From a virus (Duplodnaviria; Caudoviricetes): a DNA stretch of 41,945 nucleotides. The translations under genes were made by a program, and so were the position numbers. Below are positions 35,558-41,945 of the stretch, piece by piece. Every line of letters begins with the position of its first letter. Positions within the stretch are counted from its first letter, which is position 1. The DNA lies in the IMG/VR virus record IMGVR_UViG_3300006129_000012, positions 1 through 41,945 of that record, one strand, 5' to 3'. The notes beneath the pieces were generated by a model, which saw only the letters and a program-made list of their open reading frames with translations, did no database searches and was not told where the DNA came from.

Positions 35558-38500
35558 ATGGCTACTAATATTTTTAACTACGATGGAACACTATTAACCA
35601 CAGTTGCTGACGGTGCACTTGATGAATCCCATGCTAGTATAAAGTTCCCAGGTAGAGGTTATCAAAATTATGGAGAACCTGTACTAGAAAACATTCTATG
35701 GGTTATGCAGAATTTTGCCGGTACAACTGCCCCGCCAAATCCTTCCGAAGGGCAGCTTTGGTATGACAATACAGCCGGAGCAAGTATTTTAAAAATTTGG
35801 GACGGTATACAGTGGGGAATTGCAGGCGGTGTTATTGCATCAGCAACACCGCCTTCCCAAGGTTCAAATGAAGGTGCGTTTTGGTATGACACTGTTAACA
35901 AACAGTTGAACACTTGGAGTGGTACTACATGGGATCTTGTAGGACCATTAGGCAGTAAAGTAAATAGTGACCCAGTTAATCCTGCAATACCAGACCATAG
36001 TATTATAGATTCGGTTAAAATAATTGCAGTAGAAGACGGCCAGGCTCACCAAATATGGAGAGTTACAGTAGGCGGAAAATTACTAATTATACTAAGTAAA
36101 GATCCAGTATTTACACCACAGAGTTCGAATCTTATTAATGGCGGTTTTTCTAAAATATATCCAGGTATTAATTTTAATAGTAGTATATCGGGTATCAGTA
36201 TTGCAGGTGACAACACCATATTCAAAAGTACGCAAACTAACACACCGAGCATAGATGTTAATTGGGATCTTGGATCACCTAGTAAGAGATTCAATACATT
36301 TTATAGTGCTAGTGGTGTGTTCTCAAATGGTATAGGAATTAATACAGTACCAACTCAGTTCAATTTTGAAGTAAATGGTACCAGTAAATTTGACAACACA
36401 GTTATATTTGGTCCAGGTGCAACAACTCATGCTCCGACAAAATGGACAGCAGGTCCATTATTAGCTACACCTCAGAGTGGTGCTGTTGAATTTGACGGTA
36501 ATGACTTTTATTTCACGGGAATATTAAACGGAGTACCAGTTAGGCAAACACCTATATTTAATTCAGTTACCGGAAATTCTTCAACTTACTATGTTAGTAC
36601 TCACGGTAATGATGCTAATGACGGTAAAAGTCGTACAACAGCATTTGCAACAATCAAAAAAGCAGTATCTGTAGCAACAGCCGGTTATTCAATATTCATT
36701 GAAAGTGGTGAATATTACGAACAAAATCCAATACGTGTTCCGCCAAAAGTCAGTATAGTTGGTGATAACTTAAGACGTGTAATAGTAAGACCTGTTCATA
36801 ATCAGCTAGACATTTTTCATGTTGACGTAAATAGCTACTTCTTTGGTATGACGTTTAAAGATCACCGAGCTCCTGCTTTCTGTTTTGCATTTCCGTGTTC
36901 ACTAGCAACTGCTGTAGTAGTCAACGGGACAGTAACCAAAATTATACCAAACTGGAGCGATAGTGGGTATGTTTCACCTCCAGAAGTTTATATAGAAGCA
37001 CCTCCGTTTGGTAACGGTGGTAATACACAAGCTATTGCAACGGCTAACTTGGTAAACGGCGCTATAGTTGATGTCATTATTAATGTTAATGGCGGGGGTA
37101 GTGGTTATCTATATCCGCCAATTATTTCATTTACTGGGTCTGGTAATACAGGATCTGGTGCTACAGCAACAGGTAGAATTAATTCAAATGGGCAACTGGT
37201 TGCTATAGATATAACTAGTCCCGGTAGCGGATATGTTGCACCAGTTTCTGTTGCAATATCGGGCGGCGGCGGCTCTAATGCATCTGCAAGTGCAATTGTG
37301 GCAGACGGTGTTATTGGATCATATACTATAGCAGCAGGTAAAGGCGGTTCTGGATATACTAGGGCTCCTTGGATCTCTGTCAGATCTGCTAATCCTCCAA
37401 TAATAACTAGTTCACCGTACGTACAGAACTGCTCGAGTATTACAGGACCATTTGACATTAATGGCCAACTAATCACCGGATTAACATTACCGTATGATAT
37501 TACTGCACCAGGCGGCGGATATGCAGCAGTTGATACCAACGGTGCAGGTGCTGGTATAAGAATTGACGGCGAAGTTTGCCATCCTAATACAGTTATTAGA
37601 AGTTTTGTTGCAGATGCGTTCACTCAGTTAAATCAGGGTGGTATAGGACATTTGATTCTTAACAGAGGATATGCTCAATTTGTTAGTTGCTTTACCACAT
37701 TTAGTAGTATCGGATACTGGGCAAGAAGTGGCGGATTTGCTAACATATCAAACTCAGTTATTGACTTTGGTGATATAGGACTTCAGGCCGAAGGATACTA
37801 TCCTGGACCACTTGTTAATGGGCGATATGAGGGATATAGTCCGGGACTGGTAGATCGAACATATACATCAAGTCTTGGATATATTACTGTTACAAATGGT
37901 GGGTCTGGTTATACAGAAAACTTTACTATGGCGTTCCCAGAAGGTTTAGGAAATGTTGGCGGCACCGCAGGATATGGAACAGTTATAGTTAATCCTACAT
38001 CGGGCCAAGTGGTTGGTGTGCAATTAATCAATACCGGCAACGGATATGTTTCTAGTACATCGGGACCTATTAATTTAGTTGATCCAACTAACGTTGCACC
38101 AGGAACTGGCGCACTTGGTTTAATATCATTAGAAAGCCCAGCTTCTATACAAGTAGACGATACAAGTCAAAAACCAGAATCTGGATCCGGAATGTTACTT
38201 AACGGAAAATTTTATAAAGTTGTAAGTGCATATCCCGGATCAATACCAGGAAGTTGGCTTGTTACAACAATTCCCCCTGTTATTTCTACAAATCAAGGAG
38301 CAGAAGTTTTCTTCTATGAAATTAGTAATATCAGTACAGGCGGCCTTGCATTAGAATATGTCGGATCTGGAACTACATACAATTCTCTACCATTTTACGG
38401 TGGTATACCAGATGTTACTAAGCAAGTTGTAGATGGAGAAGATCCCGGCTCATTATTATATCCTGGGCGTGTTTACTATGTTACCATTGATAATACAGGT

Positions 38501-40471
38501 AATTTTAAAATTGGACCATTCTTTTCTGTTAGCTTTATCGACGGTACTATAACCTTTGGTGCAGATTCTAAAATAAATTTAACCAATTTGATTTCTATCG
38601 GGCCGTTTGAAAGAAATGGAGCAGTAGTCGGTACGTATGCAAACGAAATTTCTTACCAAACACCGTCGTTAACACATCTCTCAGATCCAACTCTTGATTC
38701 TCATACAATACCCACTCAGGCCGACGTAAGAGGTTATTTCTTACAGGTCAATAGCGACATATTACCATATGCAGATAACGCTTATAATTTGGGGATTTTG
38801 GGTCAAAAATGGAAAAAACTCAACGCTTACAGTGTAGTAACTGGTAATATATCTGCAACAAATTCTGTTGTATCTACTGAACAAGTTGACGTATTAACAA
38901 ATACTACACTAATAACAACACCAAATCTTATTGTAAATGGTAATAGCACTATAAACACTGCTATAATTACAAATGCATTTATTACAACTGCAAATGTAAG
39001 TGTTATTAATACACCTTTGATACTGTCTAATGTAGTAGAAACAGCATCTTTACTTTCTGGAACTGGACATTTCTCAAACACACTTGATGTAACAGGTAAT
39101 GCCAGCTTCACAAGTAATGTAACTGTTAATGGTAACATACTTGGATCGTCGATTGCTACTGCTGGCACAGCTACACTTGGTACTACAACCATTACCGGAC
39201 GTATATTAGGAGATTTTACAACAACTACTCCTTTTAGCAATAGGCTTATGTTTCAAACTACTACAGCAAATAGTTTAACTGGTGTTCCTATTATTCCTAA
39301 CGGTACAGCAAATATTGCATTTGTTGAAGTTAATAATGACGGTACCGGGGGTAATAACGGGTCAATGGGGCAATTATTAGTAACCGGTAGCGACGTTAGA
39401 CTTGTATCAGGCGCCAGAGGAACAGGAGCCGAAATACCACTTACATTTTATACCAACGGACTTGAACGTGCTCGTATTGACACATCTGGTAATGTTGGTA
39501 TTAATACAACTTCTACGCTTTATACATTACATGTTAATGGATCTACATATATAGACGGTACTTTAACACTTGGAAACCCATTAACAGTACCAAGCGGTGG
39601 TACCGGAGTTACATCATTATCGGGTGTTGTATACGGGAACGGTACAGGTGCATTTACAGCGGCAACAGGAACTCAAATTTCTACAGCGATTGGAGCTACC
39701 TATGTACAGAATGCAAATCATGCAACAAGTGCTGATAGTGCAAGTGGTATCAGCGGCGGTAGTTCAAGCGCAACCTTTGCTGGCCTTACTGTTACAGGTA
39801 CTGTTACTTTTAATAATCCATTAACTGTGCCAAACGGCGGCACCGGTGTTACGTCATTAACAGGCGTTGTGTATGGAAACGGTTCAGGTGCATTTACGTC
39901 AGCATCTGCTTCTCAGATTGTCAGTGCTATTGGCTCAACTGCGGTTGCAAATGCAACAAACGCCAGTTATGCAACAACAGCCGGCAGTGCAACAAGTGCA
40001 ACAAGTGCAACAAATGCTACTTATGCAACAACTGCAGGTAGTGCAACAAGTGCAACAAGTGCCAGTTATGCAACAACAGCTGGCAGTGCATCATCTTGTG
40101 TAACTTTTTCAAGTACCACAATGAACATTCAATGTACTAGTCTCACAGCAACGGGTGATATTACGGCGCTAACTGGGTCTGATCAAAGACTTAAAATTAA
40201 TATTACACCAATAAGTGATGCACTTACAAAAGTTATATCATTAGACGGTGTTACATTTAATTGGACAGAAGAGGCTAAAAAAGTTCCTACTCGTAGTGAT
40301 AAAACAGAGGCGGGGGTAATAGCACAACAAGTTGAAGCTGTATTACCTGAGGTCGTTGTTACCAGAGAAGATGGATATAAAGCAGTTGATTATCCTAGAC
40401 TTATACCTCTATTAATTCAAGCGATTAAAGAACTTAATGAAAAGGTAGAAAAATTAGAAAAAGGTCAGTAA
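35558..40471 (+). CDS. Tail fibre/spike protein with beta-helix-like region and C-terminal intramolecular chaperone (peptidase S74 type)
   Basis: GQLWYD/FWYD anchor repeats; YYVSTHGNDANDG...AFATIKKA; GGSGY modules; C-terminal SDQRLK...GVTFNW...GVIAQQV...VDY..LIPLLIQAIKEL. Confidence 0.85.
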   Translation: MATNIFNYDGTLLTTVADGALDESHASIKFPGRGYQNYGEPVLENILWVMQNFAGTTAPPNPSEGQLWYDNTAGASILKIWDGIQWGIAGGVIASATPPSQGSNEGAFWYDTVNKQLNTWSGTTWDLVGPLGSKVNSDPVNPAIPDHSIIDSVKIIAVEDGQAHQIWRVTVGGKLLIILSKDPVFTPQSSNLINGGFSKIYPGINFNSSISGISIAGDNTIFKSTQTNTPSIDVNWDLGSPSKRFNTFYSASGVFSNGIGINTVPTQFNFEVNGTSKFDNTVIFGPGATTHAPTKWTAGPLLATPQSGAVEFDGNDFYFTGILNGVPVRQTPIFNSVTGNSSTYYVSTHGNDANDGKSRTTAFATIKKAVSVATAGYSIFIESGEYYEQNPIRVPPKVSIVGDNLRRVIVRPVHNQLDIFHVDVNSYFFGMTFKDHRAPAFCFAFPCSLATAVVVNGTVTKIIPNWSDSGYVSPPEVYIEAPPFGNGGNTQAIATANLVNGAIVDVIINVNGGGSGYLYPPIISFTGSGNTGSGATATGRINSNGQLVAIDITSPGSGYVAPVSVAISGGGGSNASASAIVADGVIGSYTIAAGKGGSGYTRAPWISVRSANPPIITSSPYVQNCSSITGPFDINGQLITGLTLPYDITAPGGGYAAVDTNGAGAGIRIDGEVCHPNTVIRSFVADAFTQLNQGGIGHLILNRGYAQFVSCFTTFSSIGYWARSGGFANISNSVIDFGDIGLQAEGYYPGPLVNGRYEGYSPGLVDRTYTSSLGYITVTNGGSGYTENFTMAFPEGLGNVGGTAGYGTVIVNPTSGQVVGVQLINTGNGYVSSTSGPINLVDPTNVAPGTGALGLISLESPASIQVDDTSQKPESGSGMLLNGKFYKVVSAYPGSIPGSWLVTTIPPVISTNQGAEVFFYEISNISTGGLALEYVGSGTTYNSLPFYGGIPDVTKQVVDGEDPGSLLYPGRVYYVTIDNTGNFKIGPFFSVSFIDGTITFGADSKINLTNLISIGPFERNGAVVGTYANEISYQTPSLTHLSDPTLDSHTIPTQADVRGYFLQVNSDILPYADNAYNLGILGQKWKKLNAYSVVTGNISATNSVVSTEQVDVLTNTTLITTPNLIVNGNSTINTAIITNAFITTANVSVINTPLILSNVVETASLLSGTGHFSNTLDVTGNASFTSNVTVNGNILGSSIATAGTATLGTTTITGRILGDFTTTTPFSNRLMFQTTTANSLTGVPIIPNGTANIAFVEVNNDGTGGNNGSMGQLLVTGSDVRLVSGARGTGAEIPLTFYTNGLERARIDTSGNVGINTTSTLYTLHVNGSTYIDGTLTLGNPLTVPSGGTGVTSLSGVVYGNGTGAFTAATGTQISTAIGATYVQNANHATSADSASGISGGSSSATFAGLTVTGTVTFNNPLTVPNGGTGVTSLTGVVYGNGSGAFTSASASQIVSAIGSTAVANATNASYATTAGSATSATSATNATYATTAGSATSATSASYATTAGSASSCVTFSSTTMNIQCTSLTATGDITALTGSDQRLKINITPISDALTKVISLDGVTFNWTEEAKKVPTRSDKTEAGVIAQQVEAVLPEVVVTREDGYKAVDYPRLIPLLIQAIKELNEKVEKLEKGQ
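39571..40095 (+). repeat. Internal duplication (240-nt offset) and ATSA/ASYA short repeats in the fibre gene
   Basis: NPLTVP.GGTGVTSL.GVVYGNG.GAFT occurs twice (about 39574 and 39814), followed by gcaacaagt-type repeats. Confidence 0.85.
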
Positions 40472-40494
40472 CGCTTTTTTGATATTCCAACAGC

Positions 40495-40535
40495 AATAAA
40501 AATGCCTACGAAATAATTTCAGTAGGCATTTTATT
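40495..40535 (+). terminator. Intrinsic terminator between the fibre genes
   Basis: aaaatgcctac-gaaataatttca-gtaggcatttt followed by attt. Confidence 0.8.
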
Positions 40536-40538
40536 TGA

Positions 40539-40561
40539 CACTGAATTAGCGGTAATAAATA
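40539..40561 (+). promoter_or_regulatory. Late promoter of the second fibre gene
   Basis: CACTGAATT...AATAAATA (core 40555-40561). Confidence 0.6.
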
Positions 40562-40590
40562 ACACGCACTTAATTAACGGATAGGTACCT

Positions 40591-41945
40591 ATGGCTATCG
40601 AAATTTTTAACTACGACGGAAGTCTTTTAACTACTTTACAAGACGGAACTATAGACGTTTCTACTTCTACTTTAAACTTAGTCGGTAGAGGATATAAAGG
40701 TTGGGGAAAACCAATACAGCAAGATTTGCTATGGATAATGCAAAACTTTGCTGGTACACAAGAGCCGGCAAATCCTGTAATTGGACAGCTTTGGTACGAT
40801 ACTTCTGCTAATACAAATATATTAAGAGTATGGAACGGAACTATATGGTCGGAAAGTAGTGATGTTGTTACTCAGAATTCTGCACCTCCTAGTGGTGCAA
40901 ATGTTGGTGCATTATGGTACGATACAAATAATCTTCAGTTACACGCATGGAACGGTACGACCTGGGATATTGTTGGACCATTAGGTAGTAATATAAATGC
41001 AGATCCTTTGAATCCGGGTGTACCTGATCACAGTGTAATCGATGCTATAAGTGTTAGAGCGTCTGAAGACGGTTCTCTACATCAAGTTTGGAGGGTTACT
41101 ATCGGTGGCACACTACTTGCTGTTATAAGTAAAGATCAAGCGTTTACACCAGCGGGTGGAATATTAATTTCTAACGGATTTACTAAAATTCAACCTGGTA
41201 TTAATTTTAGTCTTAATGTAGCAAATGCAGGCTTATCTGGTGCTAATATGGTACAAAGTCTTGTACCAAATTCTGATCTTGCTTACAATATAGGTTCAAG
41301 TTCTTATAGAGTTAATAATATATACACTGGTTCTTTAACCTCGTCGAAGAATATTACAGCTGATTCTGCGTCTTTTGGAAATATAGTAACATTTTCAACA
41401 GGAACTACAGCCTATCCGCCTGCTATTTGGCAAGCAGGGACATTGTCAACATCTCCGCAAGCTGGAGCAATAGAATTTGACGGTAATAATTTTTATATTA
41501 CTACACTAATTAGTAGTGTTCCGACACGGCAAACAATAATATCAAATTTAACAGAAGGTACATTTGTTAACCCGTTATTACCAACAGTAGACAATATTTT
41601 AAATGTAGGTTCTCCTACACATAGATGGAATACCATTTATGGAAGTCTGGTTGGCTCCTCTAGCACTGTAACAACTTCTGTTTCTGGTACAACAACTACA
41701 AGTATATTAAATGCGTCAACTGGTAATATTACTTCATTAACAGCAGGTGTAACTACTGCAAACACACTAAATGCGTCAACTGGTAATATTACTTCATTAA
41801 CAGCAGGTGTAACTACTGCAAACACACTAAATGCGTCAACTGGTAATATTACTTCATTAACAGCAGGTACAACAACTACAAGTATACTTAATGTATCAAC
41901 TGGTAATATTACTTCATTAACAGCAGGTACAACAACTACAAGTAT
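40591..41945 (+). CDS. Second tail fibre protein (partial), paralogue of 35558..40471
   Basis: MAIEIFNYDGSLLTTLQDG...QNFAGT...GQLWYD...WDIVGPLGS...PDHSVID; open to the window end. Confidence 0.85.
   Translation, partial: MAIEIFNYDGSLLTTLQDGTIDVSTSTLNLVGRGYKGWGKPIQQDLLWIMQNFAGTQEPANPVIGQLWYDTSANTNILRVWNGTIWSESSDVVTQNSAPPSGANVGALWYDTNNLQLHAWNGTTWDIVGPLGSNINADPLNPGVPDHSVIDAISVRASEDGSLHQVWRVTIGGTLLAVISKDQAFTPAGGILISNGFTKIQPGINFSLNVANAGLSGANMVQSLVPNSDLAYNIGSSSYRVNNIYTGSLTSSKNITADSASFGNIVTFSTGTTAYPPAIWQAGTLSTSPQAGAIEFDGNNFYITTLISSVPTRQTIISNLTEGTFVNPLLPTVDNILNVGSPTHRWNTIYGSLVGSSSTVTTSVSGTTTTSILNASTGNITSLTAGVTTANTLNASTGNITSLTAGVTTANTLNASTGNITSLTAGTTTTSILNVSTGNITSLTAGTTTTS
41686..41945 (+). repeat. 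60-bp tandem repeat (20-aa unit LNASTGNITSLTAG-VTTANT/TTTTSI)
   Basis: Lines 41701-41940 repeat in register; at least four units, truncated by the window end. Confidence 0.95.

Noticed and set aside
35668-41825. Short ORFs inside the fibre genes (e.g. 37105..37623, 38827..39240, 39597..39824, 39867..40103, 41637..41825)
   Set aside because: Antisense or alternate-frame shadows of Gly/Thr/Ala-rich repetitive coding sequence.
41686-41945. 60-bp repeats (and the repeats at 1-262) as a CRISPR or guide array
   Set aside because: They are in-frame coding repeats without unique spacers, and no cas genes are present.
1-41945. Alternative genetic code (stop-codon reassignment)
   Set aside because: Genes up to 11.6 kb are open in the standard code, and TAA, TAG and TGA all end genes at sensible positions.
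35558-41945. Diversity-generating retroelement or invertible fibre cassette
   Set aside because: No reverse transcriptase or invertase in the window, and differences between duplicated segments are not adenine-specific.

Overview
AT-rich segment of a large T4-like (contractile-tailed) phage genome in the standard genetic code. From left to right: a partial tape-measure-like gene (- strand); a gp26-like/gp51-like baseplate hub pair that appears joined by a -1 ribosomal frameshift; an ~830-bp non-coding interval holding a probable structured RNA on the - strand; a 269-aa orphan that reads like the WED/REC lobe of a TnpB/Cas12f protein cut off at RuvC-I; a Holliday-junction-resolvase-like nuclease; gp46 and gp47 separated by an intact Methylocystis/Methylosinus-type pmoC cassette with its own late promoter, structured leader and terminator; a free-standing homing-endonuclease-like gene; a gp55-like late sigma factor interrupted by a LAGLIDADG intein; and a long + strand baseplate/tail-fibre cluster (gp53-, gp27-, gp5-, gp25-, gp6-like proteins, a 3863-aa giant protein, two paralogous fibres). 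Phage-borne pmoC is a known phenomenon. The best candidate for an undescribed system is the RuvC-less TnpB-like protein with its downstream structured RNA and neighbouring nuclease. All family calls come from reading motifs by eye; no searches were run.
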